64,000 nucleotides of DNA from Podarcis tiliguerta (lineage: Eukaryota), in NCBI GenBank assembly GCA_965153285.1, contig OZ229115.1; one strand, written 5' to 3'. Below, one piece after another: positions 1 through 11,347 of this stretch; within the stretch, counting starts at the first letter, position 1, and each line of letters opens with the position of its first letter. A model generated the notes under the pieces. That model was given only the letters and a program-made list of their open reading frames with translations, searched no databases and was not told where the DNA came from. Both the position numbers and the translations under genes were made by a program.

Positions 1-100
1 CTGGAGAAATGGACAGAGTACAAAGTGTGGGTGAGGGCTCACACAGACGTGGGTCCTGGGCCAGAGAGCATCCCGGTCTGGGTTCGCACTGATGAAGACG
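1..100 (+). CDS. PTPRF: PTPRF exon (partial), end of FN3 repeat 4
   Basis: Frame 1 reads [33 protein letters not shown]; donor G|gtagg at 101, phase 1. Confidence 0.95.
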
Positions 101-986
101 GTAGGTTCCTGACCCATGACTGAAGGTAACAAGGGCTCTTTTGGGTCCTGCCAAAGGAATAGCATTTGTAGTGCTGTTCTCGGCTCTACAGAAAGGGGGG
201 GGGGTCTAAATGTAGTCAATAAAGAATGATGGGGTTAATATGTATGAAATATAATCAAAATGCCTGCTTCCTACATGAATCTGTTCCTCTTCTCTATCAC
301 ATGGGCAAAGCAGCTCTCTATCAAGGACATTCTGAAGCAAAAATTGCATTGTTATGGCTGGTCTGTCAGATATGTCATGCCAGCTTAAATCTCTTCTGTA
401 GAAAGTGCCAGTCCTTGCACTGTCAGAAGGCACTTCCCAGGCTGCATCCTTGCCTCAGAGACCAAAAAGGGCACAGAGAGGCAAATAGAAAAAGGGAGCC
501 ACTCAGTAAACTGAGAGCAGGCATACTTCAGTTGTACCACCCATGCTGTGCTGTTGCCTTCACCACTGCAACCCTGTAAAGCCTTGCATAGCAATGTTCA
601 TTGCCTACTTCTGAAGCTTGCTTGCACATCTGTATGTCCTGCTGCCTGAATTGTTTGCTTCAGTTCTCATTTAGCAAAGCCTTAGCCGGAGGGACACTGC
701 TACCCTAGAAATGTCGCAGCAAGCTCTCTGCATAAGTTTGAGGTCCGTACAGTTGGCTCTTCCAGCTAAGCTCTCTGTCAGGAGTGGTTTTAAAACCTTC
801 TGATGCACTCATTTTTCATAGGTGGTAGCACAAAAAGGGGGTGAGAGTGCTTTTTGAATCTTGAAATGTTACTGGTAGCTAATATACCCTCCTCATAATT
901 GGGGTGACCTCCATTGACCCAACAATTCAGTCCCTTGGCAGTTGCTGTTAGCTTAAGACTCTGCCCTTTATCGGCAGGTATAGGTA

Positions 987-1773
987 CCGTATTTTTCGCC
1001 CTATAGGACGCACTTTTTCCCCTCCAAAAATGAAGGGGAAATCTGGGTGCGTCCTATGGGGCGAATGCAGGCTTCGCGGACCTCTCCGCAAACAGCAGGA
1101 GCGCTCCCGCTGCTGGCGGAGAGGTGCCTGCATGCTGAAGCCTGCGCGCGCTGAGCTCAGCGCGCCCAGGCTTCGCGGACCTCTCCGCTAGCAGCGGGAG
1201 CGCTCCCGCTGCTGGCGGAGACGTGCCTGCATGCCGAAGCCTGCGCGCGCTGAGCTCAGCGCGCCCAGGCTTCGCGGACCTCTCCGCTAGCAGCGGGAGC
1301 GCTCCCGCTGCTGGCGGAGAGGTGCCTGCATGCCGAAGCCTGCGCGCGCTGAGCTCAGCGCGTCCAGGCTTCGCGGACCTCTCCGCTAGCAGCGGGAGCG
1401 CTCCCGCTGCTGGCGGAGACGTGCCTGCATGCCGAAGCCTGCGCGCGCTGAGCTCAGCGCGCCCAGGCTTCGCGGACCTCTCGGCTAGCAGCGGGAGCGC
1501 TCCCGCTGCTGGCGGAGACGTGCCTGCATGCCGAAGCCTGCGCGCGCTGAGCTCAGCGCGCCCAGGCTTCGCGGACCTCTCCGCTAGCAGCGGGAGCCAG
1601 CACTGGGCTCCCACGGCTTGCAGAGAGCTGCCTGTTTGGGGGCTGGGGTCGGGGGAAGCTCGGGCTTCCCCAACCCCGCGCCTGGGGGGGAAATAATTTT
1701 TTTCCTTTATTTCCCCCCAAAAAAACTAGGTGCGCCTTATGGGACGGTGCGTCCTATAGGGCGAAAAATACGG
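987..1773. mobile_element. Non-autonomous Tc1/mariner-superfamily (Tc2-like) DNA transposon / MITE
   Basis: Perfect 27-bp TIRs CCGTATTTTTCGCCCTATAGGACGCAC (987-1013, 1747-1773); TA duplication at 985-986 and 1774-1775; no transposase. Confidence 0.92.
1068..1597. repeat. GC/CpG-rich 99-bp tandem repeat (~5.3 units) inside the MITE
   Basis: gcttcgcgga recurs at 1071, 1170, 1269, 1368, 1467 and 1566; units are nearly identical. Confidence 0.97.
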
Positions 1774-2796
1774 TAAGTCTCGTGATTACTGTGCCTTGAC
1801 AGAACCGTCACAAGCACTTTCCCAGCCATGTCTAACTGTTGGAGCAGAAGGGGAGTGTTGTCCAGTTACTACACTGCAATGTAGTTTGCTTTCCACTCAT
1901 TTTTCGGATGAGGAATAACCATCAGGGAAAGACACCCCATTTTGCAGTTTATGGAGAATGATGGAATGAGGTCCATGATCCCCTTTCTCATTCACCGATT
2001 AGGCTTGCCTCCTCCCCCTGCTAATATATGTATCTTTCCCCTCTGTGCTCCTCTTCAAGTAATTATCTGCAATTAAGAGTGAGATCTGTGGAAACAACCA
2101 GTTGCCAGAGGGTGAGCGGCTGCCTTGCCTGCCTGCCGAGTGTCTGCATAGAACAGTCCTTACAGGTTCCATCCAGTTCTCTGCCCCCAATTAACCTTGT
2201 TCTGCACTAGCAAATGGGACACAGTGTGTTTACAGGGGCTGTGGATTTGCCCTGCAACAACAAAATTCTGGTCTTATTTTTTTCAAGCAAATTCTGAGTA
2301 GCAATACAGCAAGGATACTCTCTGGAAGGAACATTGCTCTCGGAGATCATTCTATAAGCTGAATGGCCAGCCAAGAATATGAGTCTCCTAGGACTGCCTT
2401 CCTCCCTCATTACCAGCCTCCCACTTTAGGCTATAGAGCAGCTGACCTTAGAGCAATTTTAATAAATTTAATAAATTTTCATCAGTGGCAGCATTTGGAC
2501 ACAGTAAATCATTGATTTCAGTCCAGTTTCAGGCCCAGACTTTACACCAAAAAGCACCTTAGTCCCCCTGGTTGATGACATTTTTTTGGGAAACAGATGG
2601 GGGGAGTGTAACCCTGCTCGTTCTCCTTGATCTTTTGGTAGCTTTTGATACCTTTGACCGTGGTATTCTTCTGGAGCAACTCCAGGGTTTGGAGGCACTG
2701 TATTACAGTAGTTCCACGTCTACCCTTGGAGCTGTTTCCAAAAAGTAGTTATGTGGTAGCTATTGCTCTGCATCATGGGAGCTCCTGGAAGGAGCA

Positions 2797-3290
2797 GGCT
2801 GGGAGTACTCTTGGATCCAAGATATTCAATGGAAGCTCAGGTGGCATTAGTGGCTAGGAAGACCTATTTCCAACTATATCTGGTTTGCCAGCTACAGCCC
2901 CTTTTGTGCAGAGATTACTTGGCTACTGTACTCTATGCTCTGGTGACTTCCAGATTTGATTATTGCTATGCTGGGCTGCCCTTGAAGACTACTTAGAAAC
3001 TTCAAAAGCAGCAGCCAGATGGGGTTCCATTTCGAAATCACATAATCCCTGTTTTAAAACAGTTGCCAATTCATTTCCAGGGACAAGGTGCTCATATTAG
3101 TGTCTAAGGCCCTAAATGATGGGCCCCAATTATCTGAAAGACTGATTTCCCTACAGACCATTTCAGGTGCTAAGATCAGCATAGGGGGCCCTCTTGGTAG
3201 TTCCACCACTCTCAGAAATTTGGACTTATTAGTGACCTTGGTGAGTCTTCTCCGTGGCTGCCTCTACACTGTGTAATTCCCTTTTCACTA
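2797..3290 (+). mobile_element. Degraded L2-clade LINE fragment (C-terminal part of ORF2)
   Basis: LGVLLDP…MEAQV…FQLYLVCQLQP…LVTSRFDYC…GLPLK followed by an HIIPVLKQL-like stretch, typical of L2 ORF2; disrupted. Ends approximate. Confidence 0.8.
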
Positions 3291-3707
3291 GATTGTGTCT
3301 AGCACTTCCATTGTATAGCTCTCATCTTGGAATCTAATAAATAATTAAAAATCCCCATAGCTAGGGGTTGTGGTTTGTTTTTTACATTCACTAATAAGGA
3401 GGTATGAAGTGGACGCTCCTGGCATATTCATGGTTAATCATTAACTATGTTCCCATTGTGCCTGTAATATGTCCACTCATTGATATGTATGTTTTGGGTT
3501 GTGTGGGTACTAGTAATCTAGACAAAGCTTTGCATCGCCTTATGCCATGCCTTGAATAGCAGGACAGCTTAGTCCAGCAGTACAATCATGGATATTTACC
3601 ATTCACTCTACTGTGAATTCTGCTTTGTAATCTGGGGTGATGTGTGTCTCCTCCACCCCAGAAGCAATGCTGTTGTCTCTGATGAAATTTTCTCATGTGC
3701 CTTCCAG

Positions 3708-3901
3708 TGCCCAGTGCTCCACCTCGGAAAGTGGAGGTAGAATCAGTGAACTCCACAACCATTCGTGTTACCTGGAAGTCACCTATCTCTAACAAGCAGC
3801 ATGGCCAGATCCGAGGCTACCAAGTCATCTGTGTGAAGCTGGAGAATAATGAGCCAGTTGGGTTGCCTATCATGAAAGACGTCATGGTAGCAGAGTCCCA
3901 G
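3708..3901 (+). CDS. PTPRF: PTPRF exon, FN3 repeat 5 N-half
   Basis: ttccag| (V)[17 protein letters not shown]…DVMVAESQ |gtatat; 194 nt, phase 1 to 0. Confidence 0.95.
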
Positions 3902-6086
3902 GTATATCCTGGTATGAGTGGGATGGATGGATGCATGCATGGACAGACAGATAAATAATATATTTTGGAGAAGGGTCTGTATTTGCTTTGTCATGGGCTT
4001 TTTCACTTTATATGGTTAGAGAGAAAGAGAGCTATATTATGGCAAATAACATGCATTTTCTTTGTTACAGGCTTCCTTACTATAGTTGAGAGCCTAAAAC
4101 AAATTTTGGGAGAGAACGATGTGGAAAGGGTTGAGATGGAATGAACTGGGAGTGTCAGGGAGCAGGACAAGGCAGACATTTCTGGGACTTCTACAGTTGC
4201 AGTCTAGGTGTGATCATTTGTGAGCTAGACTGTTTGAATGGCACCCAATAGGATTGCTGGAGAGCTATGTTGACTAATTAATATATTTCATTAATACAAC
4301 ACTTGATTCATCTGCATCTTTCTCAACAGGGAGTAAAGCACAGCCAGCCCCCCAACACACATACAACCACTACCCACCCCACATACAACCCAAACCCACC
4401 CCAACAAGGAGTGAGGGGGGGAATAAAGTGAGACAAAGACCTGCTAGCTCAAGACTTCACTGCTCAGCTTAGACGATCATGATTCCTACAGACTTTGTCG
4501 AATTTTTGTATTTGTGAAGCAGCCCAGTGCCTCTTCCAATTTCCTCAAAGTTGTCCTTTAGGCTGGGGAAATTAATCATCAACTTGCTGCAGTGTTCTTT
4601 TGGTCTTTGGGGTTAAAGGTTTGGTCCCAAGTAAACTATGCTGTTAATCTCCTCTAAATGAAATAACTTGATTGCATTTGCTTTTTGAACTGGGGGGAGG
4701 GGTTCCTCTGTTAGAGAGAAAATGAACCTTCCTGGGCATTAAGAACAGATTTCACCACTGTTCTTTTAGAACACTAAGTTTGCAAGTGCATGTTCCATGG
4801 TCTCCTGTCCTTCATGGGCATGTCTCTGCAGTAGTGTTTCCCCATATGGCAGAGATCAGAGGCTAGCTAATGTCCCTTCACACCTGTCCTTTGAAAGGTA
4901 GAAATGCAATATAGTAGTCTGCTGCCATATCTTGCTGAGTTCCTAGATTCTTCCTATCCTACTTCCCTTCCAGTGTACATTTATATAGAAATGGGTTCCA
5001 TAGGTTCAGTTGACCTTGCTGAAGGTGGGAACTGAGACCTTATGATGGGGAAACATTTCCTTGTGCCCCCTCCATACCTCTTTTGTTCCCTACCTATGGC
5101 TACAGTGCTAAGTGCTTTTATCATGCACATTTTATTGACTCTGATATTCCTCAGCCATGTGACTGGGAGCGAGTCCCAACAGAGTTAAGAACCAATTATG
5201 TAATATTTCTGAGCCTGGCAGGTTAGACTGCCACCTCATCCCACTCCACCACTGTCTTCCACTTGGACCTTGGAGACAGAGGCAGGGAATCTTCAGACCA
5301 CCTGGGAGGTTTGCTTGCCAGGCTGCTTTGAGTAAAGAATGCCCTTTCCCACTCCTCCCCTTTCCCCTTCAACTGCCCACCCATCCGTCATATTAGTTGA
5401 AACCAAGAGGACTGCCTTACCATATACACACTTTCTTGCTTCCTGGAATTACCTAACACAAAAGCCAAATAGGCCATATAAACCTGCTGTCTCTTAGCTT
5501 AGCTGCACAGTCTGAGTAACTCATTGCTCAGATGCAGACCAAGTTGGATTTGACCATTCCTGCTTCCCTGCTTGCCTCTAGCCCTGGCATTGCTTCATTC
5601 TGATTTACTTCCTGATGCCATGCTTCATTTATTTCTTATGTGATCATCCAGTTTCCGGCTGAGATACTTCACAGTATTTTGTAGAGCTCATGCCTTAGGC
5701 CAATCCTGGCTCAGTGCATCCTTGGATTGGATCTGGGCTGTTTTCACACCTTGTACTTTGATACTGTGTGGTATCAAATAAGGCATCTAACGGTAGAGTC
5801 TCTTCTCAGACTGTCTGATTTGCAGCCACAGGCTTCCTTCCTTATGGAAATGTTCGCACATAGAGGCATAGAGACAAAGACTATATAGATGGAACAAATA
5901 AACTTGGTCAGTTTATTCAGATAACTATAGGAAAATGAAGCTAATGTCTGCCATTTCTTACAATCCCATACATACTTAGGATTATGTATTAAAATTACAT
6001 ATGGGAGCTTTCAGGAAGCAATAATCAGTTTAGAGAACAAGATTTCCTAGCCCTCGTATATGTAGTTAAGGAGAAATATGAAGGTG

Positions 6087-6421
6087 TAAAGGTAAAGGGA
6101 CCAGTCATGGCCGACTGGGGTTGTGGCGCTCATCTCGCTTTACTGGCCGAGGGAGCCGGCGTACAGCTTCCGGGTCATGTGGCCAGCATGACTAAGCCGC
6201 TTCTGGCAAACCAGAGCAGCACACAGAAAAGCCGTTTACCTTCCCGCCAGAGCGGTACCTATTTATCTACTTGCACTTCGACGTGCTTTCGAACTGCTAG
6301 GTTGGCAGGAGCTGGGACCAAGCAACGGGAGCTCACCCCGTCGCGGGGATTCAAACTGCTGACCTTCTGATCGGCAAGTCCTAGGCTCTGTGGGTTAACC
6401 CACAGCGCCACCTGCGTTCCC
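6087..6421 (-). mobile_element. Sauria SINE, near full length
   Basis: Reverse complement starts GGGAACGCAGGTGGCGCTGTGGGTTAA (A box), carries a B-box-like sequence and ends in an ACCTTT-type tail. Candidate TSD ATGAAGGTGTA (6078) / ATGAATGTGTA (6422). Confidence 0.9.
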
Positions 6422-6622
6422 ATGAATGTGTAGGAAGCATCTGAAATTTACCCATCAATTAGAACAGGGTGGATTTGTCTTCTTATACTTAGAGTTACTG
6501 TTTTGAAGTCAGGTTACACCCTCTTCCCTATTGTGTTTAGCATCTCACAATTAATTTAAACCACAAGAATAATCTAGGTACAATAATTTGGTACAAAATT
6601 CATTTGGGTGTTACTACGTCTT

Positions 6623-6664
6623 TAGATCCTTAGGTCGCTGGTTCGTTTCCGGGTCGAAGGACCA
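6623..6664 (+). pseudogene. Retroposed 3' half of mature tRNA-Tyr(GUA), with CCA
   Basis: TAGATCCTTAGGTCGCTGGTTCGTTTCCGGGTCGAAGGACCA matches recalled vertebrate tRNA-Tyr positions 35-76 with 2 mismatches; intron absent, CCA present. Confidence 0.85.
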
Positions 6665-6666
6665 AA

Positions 6667-6787
6667 GGGACGTGGGTGGCGCTGTGGGTTAAACCACAGA
6701 GCCTATGACTTGCCGATCAAAAGGTTGGTGGTTCGAATCCCCACGACGGGGTGAGCTCCCGTTGCTCAGTCCCTGCTCCTGCCCACC
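6667..6787 (+). mobile_element. Sauria SINE 5' fragment (~120 bp)
   Basis: GGGACGTGGGTGGCGCTGTGGGTTAAACCACAGAGCC…GGTTCGAATCC (A and B boxes); inverted copy of 6301-6421. Confidence 0.9.
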
Positions 6788-6878
6788 AACAGGATGCTGG
6801 TCTAGATGGGCCATGTTAAAAAGTTGCAAGCCTTCAGAATAAGACAGCTGCCTATGCTCCTATTCTATACTTACATCA

Positions 6879-7040
6879 CATCCACACTGTATGTTTAAAG
6901 CACATGGTGTCTCACCCCCCGCCCCCCCAAAAAAAAGAATTATGGGAACTGTAGTTTGAATTTTTGCTCTATGAGGGATAAACTACAATTCCCAGAATTC
7001 TTTGGGGGAAGCCCTGTGCTTTAAATGCATGTTGTGGATG
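6879..7040. mobile_element. Short palindromic non-autonomous DNA element (MITE-like)
   Basis: Imperfect inverted arms catccacactgtatgtttaaagcaca…aagaattatgggaactgtagttt / aaactacaattcccagaattcttt…tgtgctttaaatgcatgttgtggatg. Confidence 0.65.
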
Positions 7041-8029
7041 AGTCAAATCCAGTGGTCCATCTAGCTCAGCAGTCTCTGACAGCAGCTTGAGATAGCACAA
7101 GCACATAAATATGTCTTTAGAACTAGCCATCTCCACACCAAAGAACAAGACGAATAGCAACCTCCCCTCTGAGACGAGGATTCTGTAACCACTTAAACTG
7201 GCTTTGTTAGCAAAATCCACATGATATCCATTGGTAAAAAACAAAACAAAAAACCCGACACCTGAAGTGAAGAATTATTGTGCATTCAGCAGGCGTGTGT
7301 ATGTGCTTCTAGGGCAAATCTTCACTACAATGACAGTTCACACGCAGGGGAAATAAATGTCAGGGTAGGGCTAGTCCAAGTAATCCATATCACAGCTCTC
7401 TCCCCCAGAACTACAGACATGGTCAGAGAGACAGTGGCTATAGAGAGTCATGATGAAGACTAAAATGAAATGCTGTAAGGGCATTGCAGCCAGCATAAAT
7501 ACCACCTGCCAGTGTTAGCTCTGCTTGCATTGGTTCTGGTGCTCCCAAGCAGTGGCAGCAGCTGAATCTTTTTTATTAAGGCCACTGCCTTCCTACAACC
7601 CATTTATCTTACTCAGCAACGCTAAATACTTAAGAAGCAATTGGGCTGGTTTAGCAGAGAAATGTTTTTATCTGCAGGTGACTGTTTCATAAATTCAGAC
7701 ATTTGGCTGGAGCAGATTTCAGAGAGATGCTCCTTCTGTGGAGGTTCCTCTGATCTGTGAGGAGATTAGAGTCTGGTGAAGATGTCAGGGTAAACAGTAC
7801 ATTTAAATAAACTGTTAAGATTGAATGGGTGCCACCAGGATGCTGGTCTGCTTCACATATTTCTGCTTTGCCCTTCAGGGAAATTGTGGAGTTCTCCTGC
7901 AGTTTGGAGCATTTTGCTCATTTGCACAGTCTGCTTTCACGGTCTGCTTATTGATATTGACTTGGATGTCATATTTTCAATACATTTTATATATGCAAAA
8001 TCTATCATCATTCTGTTATAATGATCATT

Positions 8030-8530
8030 GTTATCATTATCACCTCACTTTTCAGGAAACATTAGATGTAGCTTACAAAAATAAGTAGTAAAATAAAATA
8101 CAATCTAAAAGAAATACATAAAATATTAAAAATAGCAGGAATAAAACATAGGAATTAAACAACAGCAGTCCATAAAGGCTCTAGAAGAAACAGACATTTC
8201 TTCCTTTATTTAAACAATTTATACCCCATTTTTAAGCTTCACAAAGGGCCCCCGGACATAATAAAAAATACAAGCACTGATGAATAATAAAACAGAATAT
8301 AGAACAGCAAGGATAAAAACCCTCAAATCAAGCTAAAAGCTTGGTGAAGCAAAAAAAATATGTAACTCTCGAAAACTCCATTCAGGCTTCTTGGGGAAGG
8401 AATTGTACAGCTTGGGCACCACAACCAAGAAGCCACTGTCCCATGTCCCAGTCAGTTGAATGTCCCCAAACAGCAGGATATGGAGCAGGGCCTTGAATGA
8501 AGAATGTAGTGGGCTGGCAGCCATTAGAAA
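8030..8530 (-). mobile_element. Degraded LINE (L2-like) 3'-end fragments
   Basis: A-rich tail-like tracts and cagcttgggcaccacaaccaagaagcc, resembling squamate L2 3' regions; boundaries approximate. Confidence 0.45.
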
Positions 8531-9090
8531 CAAAATATTGTGTGTGTATTTTTCCTTTTTCAATAAAAGCTTAAAACGCTCGGAAGGCAGAAATCTCTTT
8601 CTAGTACCAAATTCTGTACAACTTCAAAGCATGAGGGAAATCAATCGAATGCACACAGGCTTGGATGTAGTCTACTGCTTTTGTTTAGAATATTTCTAAC
8701 CCACTCTTCATCACAATGGATCCCAGAGTGGGGTGAAAACAAACATTCATATTGATAGAATAGTTCTGAGCAGGCAGCTGAGAAATGTAATTATTAATTA
8801 GCTTGAGAGAAAGCAAGTTTAATACAGATAGAGGAGCTCACATTCTGATATACACAGAGCAAGTTAAGGCACCTTTGCAATCTCACCTGCAGATGGCTGA
8901 GCAAGAAACCAGCCTTTGATGTAGCACACCGTAACCTCATAAGTTGCAACATTCTTGAGCAGTGATCAGCTGTGCATATTTTCATGTTCCTGTGAACAGA
9001 CAGGATAGACGTTCATATCATTGTCTTGAATAATTGTGCCATTTTGTGTCTCATTCATCCTAGGAGAATGGCTTCTCCTTTGCACTGTTA

Positions 9091-9273
<183 letters not shown>

Positions 9274-11347
9274 TCAGTGTGTGTTCTTCCCTGTCTCCTC
9301 CTTCCTTTTATTAATTCTCCATCCTCTGAATCCCCCTTTGCATAGGTGTTTCCTAAGCATTTATAAAACATGGTTTGATTGTATTACTTTACTTGGGCCT
9401 GCGCCCCTGCTCTCACGGCTTGCCAGCCTTGTCTACATGTCACCCCTCCAAATCCCCAGCCCTCTTCCACTTTATACCTCAACCCCGCAAACCTCACCCA
9501 AAGCCTCTCCCCTTTACACTTCACCATTTGTAGGGTGAAATGAAGTAAATGAAGAGGAGACAGTCTTTTCTCACCTTAGCACTCCTGCCCTGCTGCAAGT
9601 TTCCTTTTAATTGTCCCACCACTGTCACTCAGAGAGAGAAAAAGAAATTGCATTTTAAAATGCAGGCTTTTTCTCTCCTTCCCGCAGCAACAGCCTCCCA
9701 GCAGAACAGCAGTCAGGCAAGAGGGGAAGGCAGACCAGGCAAGCAGAATGGGTGGCCCAAGTGAGCCGCACAGCAGCAGAAAGGTCAGTGTTGGACATTT
9801 GGCTCTGCTGCTGCTTCCTGCCTCATTGTCCTCCAATGCTGGACCAAAACTGTGGTTGCTGGGGAACTGCCCTGACCTGCCCTGGCTATTACTCTGTGAC
9901 TTGCCTGTCCACAACCCACACCACTTGCCTGGACCACCTGCCACCCGTGTCACTCACCTGCCTGTCTGAGCTGCCTGCCTGCTGTTCCGTCATCACTCTG
10001 CACTTGGTCACACCAACTGCAGTGTGACAACATTATTACAACCTTAATACATACCAAGAAAAACTGAAGTTCAATAAAACACAATGACACACATTTTAAA
10101 AATGCCATTGTTGGGAATGGAAGTGGGCAGTGATTGAGATAGTGGCAGTACATTTTGTGAACTGGAGGAAGCAGAATTGAGGGGAGGGGGGGTTTCCAAA
10201 GCAGGGCTGTGGACATGTACAGACCTGTGGCTCTCTTGATTACTTCTATGGGACATCATGCCTTTGCAGCAGTTTCAGGTATTTCTTCTTACAACAGCTT
10301 TTGCTGCTGGCCTTAGTAGCCGTGGACCTCATTTGTTTTGAAGAGCTTGCTTCTGGGTTTTGCTGCCAGTGAAAACATATGTGTCGCTGCCAAACTCATT
10401 TGCTACAGAGCAAGTTGCAGCAAAGAGCTCCTCTGTCCAGACAGTTCAGTAGTACGAGATCACTTGCCTGCCTGGGGTGGGGTGGATGCGAATCCTTGTG
10501 AGCCTTCCTTCAGAACCCGAACATGTTGCTTTGGAAGGCAAAGAGATGAGTAAATGAGACGTGCACCATAAATCTGCTTGTTTTATAAGATGCACTTTAG
10601 GTAAATGCACTCTTTGCAAGAATTTAAGTAACTCTGCTTGATGCAAGAAACTTAGAAATTGATTACACTGATGATCATGCTGCTTCTCTGGCTGGTTTTT
10701 GAGGAAGCTTATCTCAGTACACAGCTATTGCTTATCTTAACAGGGAGGGTTACAGGAGTCTGAGAATTATGGTTGAAAGGGTTCAGCTGGTGGAAGAGGG
10801 GGAGGGCAAGTATTGCCCTGAAGCTTTGGTAGGTCATTTTTCCTGATTTGGTTTGAGTCTCTTGGCTTGTGCTGTCTCATCAGAGGCTCTGGAGCCCAGC
10901 CACAGCATTTCACGAAGACATTTCTATGTCCTATTTCCACTAGGATCATTCACTACAGGAGGAACATACTATTTTCACATGTGTTTCTCCTTGTTACTGT
11001 TAATTCCTTTATTGCTAACAGTAGCAATATGTTGTTTCTAAAGCTGGTGTCCAGAGCTAGCATATGTACTTACATAATGAAACTCCCAGGTTAGTGTGTA
11101 TAGGATTGCAGCCTTAGATAGTCTGCAGTTTGAAGAGGGGGTTTGTTTCTGTAGTTCTCGGGGGGGGGGGCGGAGAGAAAGAGAGCTACAATTCTTTGTG
11201 TGAGAGAGGTGTTTGTGGAAGAAAGCAGTAGATACACTTGGGGGTCCAGATAGTGCCAAATCTTGTGTGTGTGCTTGCATGTGTTAATAATCCATAGTTT
11301 GTCATCACAGTTCCCTTACTCTTTCCTCCTTCCTGTCCCCCCATCAG

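Noticed and set aside
1068-1597. CRISPR-like appearance of regularly spaced palindromic repeats
   Set aside because: The intervening sequences are identical rather than unique spacers, there are no cas genes, and the context is a vertebrate intron.
1054-1696. ORFs of 186 aa (minus) and 157 aa (plus) with 33-aa repeats
   Set aside because: By-product of a GC-rich 99-bp (3n) tandem unit lacking stops inside a MITE; no splice or start context and no protein family resemblance.
6623-6664. Functional tRNA-Tyr gene
   Set aside because: The 5' half (acceptor 5' strand, D arm, A box) is missing and the invariant A58 is altered.
7434-7463. ag|TGG… candidate for the meC microexon
   Set aside because: In-frame TAG at the third codon, poor pyrimidine tract and no donor; 11348-11374 fits far better.
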